Positions 40,368 to 56,357 are shown, counted from the first letter of the stretch. The stretch is DNA of 64,000 nucleotides from Eledone cirrhosa (GCA_964016885.1 OZ024743.1:2108001-2172000); one strand, 5' to 3'. Notes: a model not told the origin generated them from the sequence alone. Program-made: numbers and translations.

Positions 40368-41420
40368 TTAGTGAAAATGAAAGTTAGGGTTAGTTGTTAC
40401 CGTGATGAAATAAGATGGCTTTCCCGTGTGTCGAACCACAGTCATCGAATTCTGAAAGCACTCACTGTAGAAGCGAGGGAAACCATAGATTGAAGGAAGA
40501 AGAACAATTCTCCGGCCTGCATTTACTGAATCTCCTTCAGCCACAGCATCATACAAACCCTCATACTTTTCAGCTCGTATCATGTTACGGGCCCATTTGA
40601 GGCGACAATGTTCTATTTTTGCCTGGGCATCTACAGCATATTGCTGCATCAGCCGCCTGCTCTTCATGATAATGTTACAGTTACCTTGCCTAACCTGAAA
40701 CCGATAACAGTAGAAATCAGTGGGTGTGAGTATCTGGTTGTTGTCAATCCTTTTCAAACCATCCTGAAACCCATCATTCCCCCAAGGAAACAGCATCACG
40801 TAATGCAGAGGATCATAAGAACGGTGCAACTGATGAATCCTCTGAAGACCACCATCTCTTTTATGAATGATGACATCCAAAAGACTTAATGCTGTATCAG
40901 GTTGGATAACAGCAATCTCAGATGCCATGGGAAGATTATATGTACGACAATGAAAATCAGTGGGTTTTACTTTGTCAGCATGTAGGACAATATTCACATT
41001 TTAAGAGACTGGCATTCCAGTGACTGCCTTGAAGCTTCTTATATAGGTGTTGCAGTAGTGCAAGTTTTTTTTCAGGTCCTGCAGAACAGCAGCATCTAAA
41101 TTAGCATGGTGCAAGCGGTTCTGAAGCTCATGGTCTGTATCATAGAAGTAAAGCTGCGCAAACTTTGGTGAAGCATCACTTGGAAGTAGTGATCCAATAA
41201 TATGACAAATCTTACCTTGGATCTTAAATGTGGGACTAAATCCTGGTGCTTTAATCTCTTTGCAACCAATTGAAGCTAAGGCAAGCACATTGTTATATGC
41301 CCGTATCTTATGGAGAAAATAATTTCCTGCTTGAGTGATAGCGAAATATTTCAGTATATTTGGTGGAGGAGGAGGAAATTGAGGGAGTTTCCTTTTTCCC
41401 TGGAAGCAACACAAAGATTT
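40368..41420 (-). mobile_element. Helitron RepHel fragment (Helitron_like_N region), pseudogenised
   Basis: IRAYNNVLALAS, FKIQGKICH.IGSLLP, FAQLYFYD, YDPLHYVMLFPWG, RLMQQYAVD..AKIE..RL, IRAEKY and GKP.YFIT.T.NP, with an in-frame stop near 41001. Confidence 0.9.
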
Positions 41421-41788
41421 GAGTTCATGTGACCAGAGAAGAGACTCCCTGCATTATGTTGTGGCATTATGGAAAGAACAGTTTGCTCTTGGAAAGGTTC
41501 CTCTGTAGGATTCTTTGCCAGACCTTCAATAGACCTGTTCCTTCCTCTCTGAACGTTTGGTGTATTTGTTACAAGTTGTTGTTAGTGTGTTAACTGAATT
41601 ACATTTGTAGAAATTTGTTGGGATGTTGTAGAGCGATTATTGTTTGATTGATTTGCCCTCATCTCTCTTTGTCGTTGTGCGTCTGTTGCCATTCGTTGGG
41701 ATTTAGATGTTCACTTTCTGTCATGTATGTATAAATATATGTTATCTCTACGGTGAAATCTTAGAAATAAATATATGTTAAAACAAAA

Positions 41789-41888
<100 letters not shown>

Positions 41889-41987
41889 TTGAAATAAATG
41901 TATTTTTGAAATAAATGAGAAACGGAATATTATAAACGTTATGAAAGAACGACGTATGATCGTCTGCTATTCCATACAACATATATA

Positions 41988-42304
<317 letters not shown>

Positions 42305-42368
42305 CGTAAGATAAGAAAATTATAAAATTATAAAAAAATTATAAAATTGACTTACTTACTAAAATATC

Positions 42369-42450
42369 ACTTCCAACTAATTAGTTTCTGGAATGGAGTA
42401 AATATATTTTCCGAAGAACATATAGAAAAGCATTCCGTCGTCAGGAAAGT
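42369..42450 (-). ncRNA. Type I HHR
   Basis: Reverse complement: ACTTTC-CTGACGA-C-GGAATG...CATTCC-A-GAAAC-TAATTA-GTT-GGAAGT. Confidence 0.8.
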
Positions 42451-43169
42451 CTATTTTCGTGTAAGTTACCAGGCATAGCGAGGACTCTGGAAACTTATTA
42501 AAAAAATAATTCAGTGGAAAGGAAATCCTAGCCATTGAGAAAATCACTGCCTCTACGTCTGTGGCAAATTCAAAAACAATCAATCACGTGACATCGAGGT
42601 CAATCAGTGGAAAGCGAGTTGTTAATAAGACAGCAGCCTGCCTACTACTATAGCAGCAGTCATGGCCAATATTGCTCGACAAATGAAATATATATACATA
42701 CAATATTTTGAAAAGCTAACACACCAGAGAGAGATACAGTGCGCTATAAATAAAACAGGGAAAAACCACCAGTGTATGGAATCTATAACCTATGAAAGGC
42801 AGAGTAGACACGATAATTAAAAATATAAATTAAAACGTAAATAAATACCTCTATAACTATATAACACACGTACAAATCCAAAGGGATCTGTTTCTCCAGT
42901 AAGTTGTTGACAGAAATGAAATAACCCCGGTTCGTCAGCGTGTGTAAGGCTATACATTTCAGACAACACTAAGAGAATTTTAAAGTGACTTTCCAGCTAC
43001 ACGTGGGAGAGAGAAGTCACAGCGTGTTTAAGGGCAATGAACCAGTGGCCTCTGAGGGACGAGCTGCTAGAAAGGGTAGCCAGAAACCACTCAGAGAAGT
43101 GTGCTCAACCAAACAGAGAGAGAGGGAAATATCACGATAGATTAACGGAACCATAGACTCTCGCCATTC

Positions 43170-43221
<52 letters not shown>

Positions 43222-43249
43222 TGTATAAGTAGAAAGGAAAAGAAAATGG

Positions 43250-44425
43250 TGACACTCAGTGCTATTTTTCTGTATTCCCGTATTTTGATTTGGGATCTAT
43301 GGACAGTCATGCGTTGGCGGAGGCTGTTTTTAGTCTGGCCTATGTATTGTTCTCGACAACCTGAGCAAGTTAATACATATATTAGGTTTTCTGATGCGCA
43401 TGTGAAATTGTGTTTTACTATAAAACGTTGTCCTTGTTTGAAGTAGAATTCCGAACACTCTATTAGGTTGATGCAGTACTTTGGCATGTGTTAGGATGTT
43501 TTTCATTGACTTAGATTGTCTTTTGCTCTTTATGATATCGTGTGTTCGAAGGATTTGGTTCATTCTATGGTCCTTTTTCAATACAGGGATGTTCTGGAGG
43601 ATGGTGTCAAAGGCCTCATTGTTGAGGGTGTTGTGTGTGGAGATGTATGGAAGAGCTTTTAGTTTCGCTTGGTTAATTTTAGGGTGTCTAAGGTCCTGGG
43701 TACTGAGTTTTAGAGCACGTAGGATTCCATTGTCAATTAGTGATGCAGGGTAGTCCCTGCTTATGAGTGTGTCCTTTAGTTCTTGTAGACGTAAGTAACG
43801 GGTGTTTTTATTGGAGACTATAGTACAGATTCTCTTGGCTAAGTTGTAGGGAATATTAATTTTAACTTGTCTAGGGTGGCATGAATTGAAAGGAAGATAT
43901 TGCTTGGAGTCTGTGGGCTTGTAGTATATGTCTGTTTCTATTTTTTGTTATGAATCTTAATGAGAATGTCGAGGAAGGGAAGTTGTTGATGGCTGTATTC
44001 CATTGTAAAATTAATATTCGTGTTGAGCCCATTTATAAGGGTGTGAAATTCTTTAAGTTTCTCGATGTTTTCGTGCCAAAGGATGAAGCAGTCATCTAGA
44101 TATCTCTTCCAGTTCGTTTCCAGGTATCTCATGACTAGGTTAGCATAAGTGGGGGCCGTTTTCGTTCCCATAACGGTCCCAGATGTCTGCCTATAGAATT
44201 TGTTATTGAAAACGAAGTAATTATTCTCCAAAATAAATTTGAGTCCTTCTATCACGAATTCTTTTTTGATGCGTTGTGGGAGTTCATTGTGGTAATTATC
44301 CAGCCAGAATTGGATAGCTTCTATTCCTAGGTTGTGGGGGATGTTGGAGTATAGGTTGACTACATCGAGCGTCACTAGCAGGGTTTGTTCAGTAAGGGGT
44401 ATATTAGGGAGGCGGTTGAGCATTT
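43250..44425 (-). mobile_element. Penelope-like family B (Neptune-like) decayed fragment: RT, thumb, partial GIY-YIG
   Basis: TLDVVNLYSNIPH, GTVMGTKTAPTYANLVM, WKRYLDD, LPFLD and FTCASENLIYVLTCSGC.EQYIGQT. Clearly homologous to 31129-32892, with frameshifts. Confidence 0.9.
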
Positions 44426-44574
44426 GAGCATTGTTGTTATGACAATACTATACATCATTTCACCGCTTTTGTTATTGATGTTATTGATATTCTTTTGAGA
44501 GAATCGTTTTTGCAAATGACTGAAAATATCGAATAAGGTACGCCATTTTTAACAGAACCACAAAAATACTGGTC

Positions 44575-44612
<38 letters not shown>

Positions 44613-44768
44613 TACACACATACACACACATGCATGTGCACACACTTCTCCGTATGAGACAAGAGCTGAAAAATATGTTTCAATATGTTAAAATACCCCC
44701 CCCCCCCACACACACACACATTCCTACTGACAGATTCATTTCCATTATCACAACAATGAACCACTTTG

Positions 44769-44861
<93 letters not shown>

Positions 44862-44939
44862 TTCATAGACACCGGAACTGTTGACCTATCAACATGACTG
44901 CAACTGAATCAAGCGGAAAAGGACACTCTTCGACAAACC

Positions 44940-45205
44940 TACATTTGGCGCGAAACCAGCTCGCGCTAAAATCAATTTAAACATTCACGTGATTTCTACC
45001 GACCAATCAAAATTGTTTTGACTACAAGAATTTTTGCAACACGAATTGGCGCGAAATTTATAGTGCTTATTCACGTGACATTCAACAACCAACCAAATCT
45101 TAATACATTCCAAGCCACTTTTTTCATATAAAACAGGAAGAATTTCCAAAACTGATCAGATTAGAGCAAAAATCACGAGCACTCTATTTAAAAATTATTT
45201 TTGAA
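44940..45205 (+). promoter_or_regulatory. pLTR promoter-like segment homologous to 32895-33060
   Basis: TTTGGCGCGAAA (44944), CACGTG, CCAATCA (45003), GGCGCGAAATTTAT (45048) and CATATAAAACA (45125). Confidence 0.55.
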
Positions 45206-45207
45206 AA

Positions 45208-45350
45208 GCATTAGAACGTCAGATAGAATGCTTTATGGCATTCGTTCCGGCTCTTTGCACTCTGAGTTCAAATCCCACCGTGGTCAGTTTTGCCTTTCAT
45301 CCTTTGGAGGTCGATAAAAAAAGTACCAGTCTAGTACTGGGATCGATTCT
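45208..45350 (+). mobile_element. SINE S1 copy
   Basis: TTAGAACGTCAGATAGAATGC...GAGTTCAAATCCCACCGTGGTCAGTTTTGCCTTTCATCC...GTCGATAAA..AGTACCAG. Confidence 0.8.
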
Positions 45351-46559
45351 TCCTCTATATATCTTTCTCATTTTCCTCTCTCTCACTTTCTATCTAATAA
45401 TTGAAGAGGTAAAACAGATTTGATAAGTGGTACTAATATATACACAATATTTGTAAACAATACCTGGAATATCGCCATTAATAACTGTTTCTACTTTAGG
45501 CACAAGGCCAACAATTACCCAGTACATTACTGGTACTTTATCACCATCCATTAATAACACAAGCCACCAAGGTACTGTTTATAACAAATTCTAGATGAAA
45601 TAATTAATATCTATCCAAAGTTATATTTTAATAACGACAGTCTATAAATGAAATAATTAAATCTTTTTACGTTATTGAAATTAGAACAATCATTAATAGG
45701 CATAAATTAAGAAACTTATTTATTTTGAGTGTACGGAGAGAAAGAAATGCTGGAAATATTTGGAGGAGGAGATAGGAACATCAATGGTATCGACATTCCA
45801 GATTCCCTAATAATTTCAAAAAGGTATTACTTAAATGGGAATGTATATATAGATAGTGAACATAAATATAAGCTATATTATTCAGTGCTTTGCGTGGGGA
45901 AGCTTATAATGACAATATGGAGGATAAACGAAGATAAACCTTTACAAGTCATAATAGGGTGATCTATATAATATTTATTAAATAAGATGCTAGCTTTTAA
46001 TCAATAAGATTTATCATTTATTTTGTAGTTATAAATTAATATTGTATTTAGAATCACATCATAATTCCTGTATATTAAAATATATACTAAACAAGTTAAA
46101 CCTATGTTAATCAAAAGTATAATGAATTTGCTTTACTTAAGAAGTTATTCGTGCAATTGCATTCGATTTCTATAACTAGACTTCAAATAAACGATTAATC
46201 TTATAACAAATATTTTTGTGTGAGCAATCAGATAATTAGAAAGTGAAACTTAGAATTCAATACTAATTACGTATGACCAAGGAATAGAAATATTTACTAT
46301 GGCCTCAAATTTCAAAATTCAAAAGGAAAATCTTTTGAAATAACTTAATCCTAAAAATGGGGAATCAATTCTAGAGAATTTAAAGATAGAGAAACTATTC
46401 CTCAAATGAAAAAAAAATGTATATTTATATAGGATCATACACCATTCTAGAGAAATAGTCTATGTGGGTAAAAGAAAAAAAAACTTCTTGTTTGCCATTC
46501 AAATATTTTGAATCTGACGTAGTTATTTCTAGGGCCTCGGTTGTTTTTCGTTACAAATA

Positions 46560-48250
46560 CCCATGTACAACTTTTTCAGTGAACTGATTCATTTTCTTAT
46601 TTTCTTCGAGTCTTCTAATATTCCTGGGAGAGATATTTGAATCAGCTTTTATTTTATATCTCTCTTTTAGATCAGAGGCTACCCTAACAATATTATTATA
46701 TTCATAAACCTGGGTGAGGTGGCTGCTGACATTTTACTTTTGTTGAGAATGTTGCTTCAGTGGTATTATCCGAGTTTCCTATGATACTGAAATGGATTAC
46801 GTGAGAAATATAGCCTATCCACATCACCATTGATGTTAATGTTTCCAGTAACGTTGAGCAACTTACGAGTCCTTACATGCCTCTCGTTTAGTTCTTGCAA
46901 TGACCAGTTCAGTAGGACAATTGTTGGTGTTAGGATGGGTACAGCAAAAGTAATATAGGCAATATGCTTGTTGTACACTGAAAGTGCTGATGACTATATT
47001 CTCTTTACCCTCCTGATGTATTCATTACTCATCCTCTCTTTATTCATGAGTCCATCATATCTGACAGCCTCATCCTCTCCAATATACCTGCAAGAACAGC
47101 TTGAGGTACCCACGGTAAAATTTGTACAGGATTTTCTCGCGGGCTATTGGGCGGTAACGTTTAACAACAGTGAGTTGACTCTTTTGGGGGATGAAGAGAT
47201 TAGTGGCAGTTGATAACCAGTGTGGTAGTTCTTGTGTGCTTTTGATACTTTCTCTATACAACCGTATGAGATCTCACTGATAAAAGGTGAAATTCTTCAG
47301 CCAGTAACCTGTTATGACATCTGGGCCTGGGGATTTCCTGTTTCACATTTTTGTAGAGGTGTTTCCAGTATTGCACCGTCTATTTCACATTGCTTTTGTT
47401 GGACATGTTGTCAGTAGTCCTGCTCCATTTATTTTAGCTATACAGCTTGCTTGTTGAATTCCTTCTGTTTCCTATACAAATCTTCAATAGTTCTCAACCT
47501 GATCTTTTCTGGGGGAGTCTTTTACTGAGATTGAGTCTTTCTCATTGAAGCTACGGTAGCTGACAAATAATCTGTTAAGCATTTACTGTTTATACGCTGG
47601 AAATTTATATATTAGTCTTTCAGCTGTAGCTGTGAGTTGTTGTTTCAGCTGTTGTAGCTTGGAGTTTAGGGTTTTAGATCCTGTGTCTTCAAATCACTTT
47701 TTTTTTGGGGGGGGGGGGGGTGCTTTGTTTATTTCTTGTTGTTTTTTGTTGTTGTTGTTGTTTGTTTGTTGGGGGAGGGGAGTAAGGTCTTCTTGGTGTC
47801 ATGCGAAATTGTTCTCTGTGTTACATTTCATAACTACAACGATCTGTGCGATACTTCTACTTCTTCGCAGGAACAAAATTGAATTTTTTTCTATTTTTCT
47901 ATTTGTATCTCAATTGCGGAGCTTCAGCTCTATACGAAATGCTAGCAATGTAATAGCTAAGACATATACCAACGGTTAATGGTTTCGTAGGTTGTTTTCA
48001 TACCTCTGGACTGTGTGGCCGTCAGGTATTTGTCTACTATTTCGTTTACTACCTCCAATTCTAATTTAATGAGTTCTTTACTTATACTGGTGTCGTATGT
48101 CCTGTCATTCAAATTTAGGTTGTAGACCTGTTGAAACATATCATCCCAGATCACTTGTAATGTATACACAAGGTATTGATGTTCTTCGGTTTGTACAGGA
48201 GAGGTATGGATTTCAGCTAAATTGTTGGTGTGTTATTTGCTGCTAGATTT
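46560..48250 (-). mobile_element. Heavily decayed R4/Dong-like (RLE-type) non-LTR retrotransposon fragment
   Basis: Minus-strand peptides SPGPDVITGYWLKNF, LFIPQK...YRPIA..LYK and FAVPILTP...W..QEL....RTRKLL.....DVDRLY are typical of this clade. Boundaries are approximate. Confidence 0.65.
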
Positions 48251-48717
48251 AGCTGACCATTCAGTTTTTCCGTCAGTGGAAGTGAGATGATTATCTTCAA
48301 TGGCTGTCTTTGTATTTCCAGTCTGCTTTGAATCAGAAAATTCCGTTATGTATGTATGTATGTATGTATGTATGTATGTATGTATGTATGTATGTATGTA
48401 TGTATGTATGTATGTATGTATGTATGTATGTGTGTATGTGTGTATGTGTGTATGTATGTATGTATGTATGTATGCAGGAGAATAAAGATGAGCAGATGGG
48501 CTTCCAACATTTTCGACGATGATTGTTCCAATTGTTCGATCAAAGGGATAGCCGACTCGTGAAATTGATGTGTATGTGGCTGCTCATTCCACAGGCACGT
48601 GTACCCATAACGTAATTCTCAATGAGATTCAGCATAACAGTGTGTGACAAGGGTAGCCCGTTATATTACAGGTCTTCGCAGCGCAGACACTCAACATATA
48701 TATGTATACAGGTATGT

Positions 48718-48780
<63 letters not shown>

Positions 48781-49025
48781 ATAGAGGAAATTAATGTAAG
48801 CAAAAAGCCGACAATGATTCAGACATATAAGTGACTATAACATAAAGATGAAAAATTCTTAACGTAAGATATGGGATAAATAATTCAATCTTAATTCAAA
48901 ACAAGTCAAGAAAAGTTTTATCCTCAGACTTTGTGTAAGCTGAGGGAAAAAACCAATACAATCTTAACTCAAAATAAAATCAAGAAGAAATACTTAACCG
49001 TCAATTTGGGGAAATCTACAAATGC

Positions 49026-49101
49026 ACTATATAGTCTTAAAAGACTATTTCACGAAACTTTTCAGTGAGGTTAGTCACGGTTAGAATCGTTCATCAGTAG
49101 T
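49026..49101 (-). ncRNA. Type I HHR with a fully paired stem III
   Basis: Reverse complement: ACTA-CTGATGA-ACGA...TCGT-GAAA-TAGTCT/TTTA/AGACTA-TA-TAGT. Confidence 0.88.
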
Positions 49102-49457
49102 ACTCAACACGTTAACTAAATAACACTGCTAAGATGCCAGAGGGTAATTTAAAAGCAGGCAAGTGAACAGCATGTTGAATTGAAATAACAAAACACACGT
49201 GGACACAGGCTAGTGATGCCGGGATGAAACGAAAATCTGTTTACAAGAAACAGCAGTCAAAACATTCCGAAAAAAATCAACAAAAAAATGGAGTTCAGCA
49301 TGATGCAATTCCATTCAAGCACTCAATGTACTTTTTCCACATAGGAGTGACGGAGTATATATAGAATAAGAAAAAGCGAAGTAGTTTCATGTATATATAC
49401 ATACTTATATGTACGTATACATACTTGTATGTACGTATACATAGTTATATATATATG

Positions 49458-49568
<111 letters not shown>

Positions 49569-49580
49569 ATATATAGGGTG

Positions 49581-49619
<39 letters not shown>

Positions 49620-49675
49620 CGTTTCTGAATTTGTTTAGCAAGATTCTTTATCTGAAATCGTGTGTTGAAACCGAT

Positions 49676-52600
49676 ATTGTTATACTTTGGGAGGGTCATG
49701 TTGCCAATAAGAAACACACGCACCAGTTGCTTTCACTTCAATTTATTATAATAAATTTATAAATTTAGGAATTTACAAATTTCTGGTTGGTTGGTTGGTT
49801 CCACAACCAGATAGTTGTTTATATATTGTCAAAGTTCTTTCGTCACACATTCTGTGACCTCTTCAGTGACTGGGGATTCTTTTCTTTGTTTTTGTGCCCC
49901 TCCTTTGTTCTGTCCTACGCCATTTTGTTTCTGTGTGTGTGTGTTGTGTGCTCAGTCTGCGCATGCGCCACATCCGGGTGTCTGTGTGTGTTTATATTTG
50001 TTTATTTATTTGTTTATTTACATGTTACCGGTTGGTTGTTTGTTCTATGTGTGTGTGTGTTTTCATTTTGTCCTTAATTGTAAATTGTGATGTTGCTGTT
50101 CCACTCATATTTTCTATTTAATTTTGGTTGTAATTCTTTTATGTTTATTGCCTCTGTGATTTGTCTAAACATTGCGTCTTTTCTGTGTGTAGATTCTATT
50201 TTTATTTCTATGTTCTCTAATTTACCCTTATGTTCTATTTTAGCATGTTGGTAGAGTACAGATGATTCTTTACTATCTTGAAGGTCTCGCCAGTGTTCAT
50301 TTATCCGTTCCCCTACACTACGAGCTGTCTCACCTATGTACACTATATTTTTGTCTCTACATTGTCCTTCAGTACATCTTATGCTATACACTACATTTCT
50401 AGTTTTACAGTTAATATGGGGGCTTATTTTACAGGTTATACATTTCTTATCTATACAGGGGGGTCTTTGGAAAGGGTATGTCTTGCTAATAAGTGTTTTT
50501 ACGGAGGTACCTGGTCTTTCTACTATCTTAATATTGAGTTTATGTTTAGCTAGGGCCCTTCTAAATTTGTAAGCTAATTCACCTCTAGGGGTTGTATCGA
50601 TGAACATTACACTCTGGTATTTATTGCTATCATACCATGAGTTTATTCTATTAGCCTTATTCCTAGTTCTTTCTATTCTATTCCAAAATTTGCTCCTATA
50701 CAAGGGGCAGGTCCCATTTGTGTCATTATTTACCATTTTCCCATTTGGTTCTGGCTCCTCTATACACTCTGATTCTATCTCTCTGATTGTAACCAGAGAA
50801 CTGCATACGGTGGATGAAGTGTTGTATGTATCTCTCTAGTTCTTCGGGGTTGCACATGCGGGACACGTTTCTCATCACCCGTACCAAATCCGCAATCAGT
50901 ATGTTGATTTTGGTATGGTCCGAAACAGCCGAGTTTCAGTGGATCAGATGTTTGGAAGTCATGGGTTTGGCATAATGGGAATGGAGGATTTGTTTTTTGT
51001 TATTAATGGTATCTAACCAGAGCTCTGTGTCTAGTACAAGTAATCGATGGTTTGGGTGGTTACTTGGGTAGTCTATAGTAACTCTAATACTCTGGTGGAT
51101 GGAGTTAGCTATTTGCTGGATGCTTTCCATTGTGTTTTTCTCTAGTTCCTGACTGTTCTCTAGTGGGGGTGTCTTAACTACGATGTTTATATCGTCAACG
51201 TAGCGGGAGTACATTATCAGGGTTAAGGGGTCTTCTAATTGTTCTTTAAGTTTAAGTTTAAGTCTACTGTCCCACCATACCATGAATAAGTTAGCTACAT
51301 CGCCTGCAATTCTAACACCAATGGCTGCTCCTTCCTCTTGGGCATATGTTTTTCCATTAAATTTTAACATATGTTCCTTAAGGGTTAGTTTTATGCTGGC
51401 CCCTACCACATGTGCAATCATTTTCTTCAGTTCATCGTGGTTTTCGGGTGTCCGTATGGCTCTGGTCCATCCGTTCCATCTATCTGTGTGGGTTTTCTTG
51501 GTCATTGAGGTAATGGTAGGTGCTCTGCCTCTTGCTGGTCTTGTAGGGCACAGGTTGCTAAGGTCATATGTGTCTAGGTAATTATTACTATAGGTAAGTT
51601 TAAGTAGGAGTCCCAGCTCACTGGTATCAATCCCACGGAACTCAACATTGCTCTCACTGATCAGTTCTACGCATTTCTCCACAGCAAAATCCACGTCAAT
51701 AGATGGATACAGGGACACAACATCCATACTACCTATTATGCAGTTTATTAGGTCCCTAGATCGGTTACTCTCGCCGATTCTGCTGAGGAGGTCCTCCGTG
51801 CTGTCACATACATCTGGGGACATTTCAATGATGGGGCGTATGATCAGGGAGAGGAAGTAGGACAGTCTGTAGTTACTAGCAATGTTAGCCCCACAGACTG
51901 GCCGTGTTGGTGGTCCCGTGACAGGGTCACTGCCCGTGTTATGGTCTTTTCGAATCCCATACAACGCCGGCACGTCATTGTTCCAGGCCTGGAAGTTGTT
52001 GGCAGTCCTTTTGTTGGGCTGCATTATATTCGTCCACATCACCATATGAGCATTGAGGGCTTTTTCTCTATCCTCATGCTCCTGTGGTGTTACCTCTCTT
52101 GTGTTAGTGATGTGGGGTTGCATTGCCTGGATGTAGTCTGGCAGGCTGTCAACCGACATTCTGCCAGACTTGTCTGTTGGAAAGCATGCTATCTCTCCAT
52201 TACGTGAGCGCTGCATGAGCTTACACAAGCCATTTGCAGATTTTTCTCCCAGTTGCTGGGCCTCCATTCTATTATGCTTCTTGCTATACTGTTCTATAAT
52301 ATTTCTAAGTTCGGATTTAGCTATAATAAATTGTGCTTCTGTTTGTTCATCGACCTGCGACGGAAATTGCGTGCGTTTGTTAAATGGTAAAGTCGTGGCG
52401 TGGACTCGTCGCAGGTCGAACGACTTATAGGAGGGATTATAAAAAGTAGAGTTCCAGGCTGCTGCTTTATGTGTACTAGTGCTATTGTTATTGTTAGTTG
52501 TGTTGTTTCTATTTCTATTTCTATTTCCACCAACAGCCTCATGGTTGTTTCTATGTCTCTCATAATTACTCCTGTCTCTTTCCACTGGCTCATTGTTATT

Positions 52601-52700
52601 ATCTACTCTATTTTGTGTGTCTGTGTGTTCGTCTTGGTTATTTTCTTTGTCCATAGTCTCCCTTCTCCTATTTTTAATTTCATTCGCACCGTTTCCTTTC
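49676..52700 (-). mobile_element. Penelope-like family A, copy 2 (most complete; one stop, one frameshift)
   Basis: 606-aa RT ORF (SMDVVSLYPSI, YSRYVDD) continues past a TGA at 50936 and a frameshift near 50740 into a 220-aa GIY-YIG ORF (NVVYSIRC...YIGET). The 3' end ATGACCCTCCCAAAGTATAACAAT matches copy 1. Confidence 0.95.
49828..49870 (-). ncRNA. Minimal type I HHR in the family A pLTR
   Basis: Reverse complement: GTCA-CTGAAGA-G-GTCACA/GAATG/TGTGAC-GAAAG-AA-CTT-TGAC. Same position as the HHR at 30146. Confidence 0.88.
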
Positions 52701-52760
52701 GCTATATGTCTCTCCACCACTCCCCTACACGCCCTTTTAACTCTGTTCCCACACACTTCT

Positions 52761-52793
52761 CACCTGAGGAAGGGCTTATGCCCGAAACGTCGT
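52761..52793 (+). ncRNA. Minimal HHR motif (weak stem I) in a pLTR-like fragment
   Basis: CAC-CTGAGGA-A-GGGC/TTAT/GCCC-GAAAC-GTC-GT, followed by AATAAA (~52830) and (TA)n. Confidence 0.7.
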
Positions 52794-52909
52794 TCCCCAC
52801 CATCACCCCACTCTCCAGAGCGTGAAATTAATAAACATTCGTTGTACTGCCTCTCTGTTTTGTTCCTGTTCAAATTTTTCCATTATACATATACATATAT
52901 ATATATATG

Positions 52910-54232
<1,323 letters not shown>

Positions 54233-55530
54233 AACTCTGGTCTGATTAAACCGTTTCATAAATTGAATGAAAATCTCAAGTACGTAAATGTTGGGTCTAA
54301 CCACCCCATCTCTATAATTAAATCTATCCCTAAACATATTTCCCTTAGAATCTCGGGTCTATCTTCTAACATGCAAGTATTTAAGGAACACGCCGAGTAC
54401 TACGATAACGCCCTTACTAAAGCAGGCTACCTCAACAAAATAGAGTATATAGATGAGAACAATCAAAACACCCAAAATAAATCCCACATAGGTAGATATA
54501 ATAACACAACACCAAACCACACTTACTACCATAGTATACACACCAGTAAACCAACAAACAAAACTAATAGAAAGCGATGCAAAGAGTACTTATGGTATAA
54601 CCCTGAATACAATAGTTCCATTAGTACAAATTTACCAGTACTCTTCTTTAAAATAATTAAGAGACATTTTCCTACATCACACAAATACCACAAAATCCTA
54701 AACCCTACCACTATAAGACTGTCATACTCTACAGCGTTAAACCTTGAACAACACATAAAAAAGATCAATACTAAAAGGTTAAACGAAAACACTAAAAACT
54801 TAAGTACAAAGAACACAAAAAAAACAGTAGACAATACACTACAGAACACAAATAAACCACACCTAAGTTCGTCCGCAATACTACTCCAGAGTAAACCCAA
54901 CGTACACAACTGTAACTGCACCTATCCTGACAACTGCCCCCTTGGCAATAACTGCCTGGAAAAAAATATCATTTATAAGTGTACCATTAAATCCGGAGGC
55001 AACGAATGGTATTACGTGGGATCAACGGCAACATTGTTTAAATCTCGATTATATAGGCATTCTTACTCAATAAAACACCAGAGCCAAAGAAATGTAACAA
55101 CTTTAGCAGAAAAAGCTTGGACGCTCAGGGATAGCGATCAAAAGTTTACCCTAAAATGGGAGAAATTAGCTAAAACCCAAAGCTTTTCCAGGAGCCAAAA
55201 TTTCTGCAAATTGTGTAATCTTGAGATTTATTACATAATCACACACAAGAAGAAATTGCTTAATAACAGAATTGAACGAACATTATTCTGCCGTCACCGA
55301 ACTAAAACCCTTTTTTCCCACTACAAGCTGAATATTACATAAAAGAGGGACATCCCCCCAACTATATAAACCTCAATCTAGTTAGAAAAATATAAAAACA
55401 ATCTCTTCTCAACATATATATGTATATTAATAACCTTAAATTACCACACTAATAATGGATAGATATGCTGATGAGAATAGGTGCGAATATGTTATAATGA
55501 ATGTGTCTAAAAGCGACCATATGTATGTAT
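54233..55530 (+). mobile_element. Penelope-like family C (probably Naiad-like) 3' fragment: thumb, linker, GIY-YIG
   Basis: 359-aa ORF with SNHP, WYNP.YN, RHFP..HKYHKI.N..TIRLSYS, CNC...CPL..NCL, IIYKC...YVGST, CKLC..E and CRH. A decayed HHR lies at 55463-55522. Clade assigned from recalled motifs only. Confidence 0.85.
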
Positions 55531-55613
55531 ATATATGTGAAAATGTATATAAATAAGTAAATATATATATATGTTTGATGTGTATAGTTAGATGTATGCG
55601 TATTCATGTATTA

Positions 55614-55686
<73 letters not shown>

Positions 55687-56203
55687 GACAGGAGTATGTA
55701 TGTATATATGTGTGTGTCTATACGTGTGTATATAAAGATAAGTTGAGTATGAAAATGTATACACATGAATGCGTATGTATGTACATATATATATGTATAT
55801 ATATATATATATGTGCATGTATATATGTATGTAAGTATGAGCATGTAAGTATGTGTATGTGAGTATATGTATTTTGTAGAGGTGTGCATATATGTTTGTG
55901 TGTGAATGCGTGGGCGAAAGGATACGTACACTTGAAAGAAAAATTTAAGTCTGACTGTTAATTAAGTGCAAACACAAAACCAACCATGCATATCTATACT
56001 ATCTCTAATCCTTCTATAGATTTAGAAAAATAACCAACGCCAAACAATATATTCTATAAAAATGTTAAAACAACAGATGGGAATCTAATTGCTCACTGCC
56101 ACCAAAAATTCTCACTGCTATCAAAAAACCAATCCCTTAACTATTCTTCTAAAAACTCCCTCCTAATATTCTCTATAAAAATCAAACAGGTTCTCAATAA
56201 AAT

Positions 56204-56248
56204 TATTCTGATGAAATGACAGTTGATAATAACATTGAAATATTGAAT
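56204..56248 (+). ncRNA. Possible minimal HHR, decayed stems I/III
   Basis: ATT-CTGATGA-AATG...CATT-GAAA-TATT-GAAT, upstream of AATAAA and (TA)n. Confidence 0.45.
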
Positions 56249-56357
56249 GTCTGCATAACTAATACTTTGTAGATAGCAGCTGTTTTCAGGTTATGTAACT
56301 GTTATTGAAACACGTGTCAATAAATTCCTTTTAACTGAACTGTATCCATTTAAATCC

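Noticed and set aside
50936-50938. In-frame TGA in the PLE ORF as selenocysteine or readthrough
   Set aside because: It aligns with Lys (ILKNSA) in the other two family A copies rather than Cys, and a frameshift follows near 50740. Ordinary decay is the simpler explanation.
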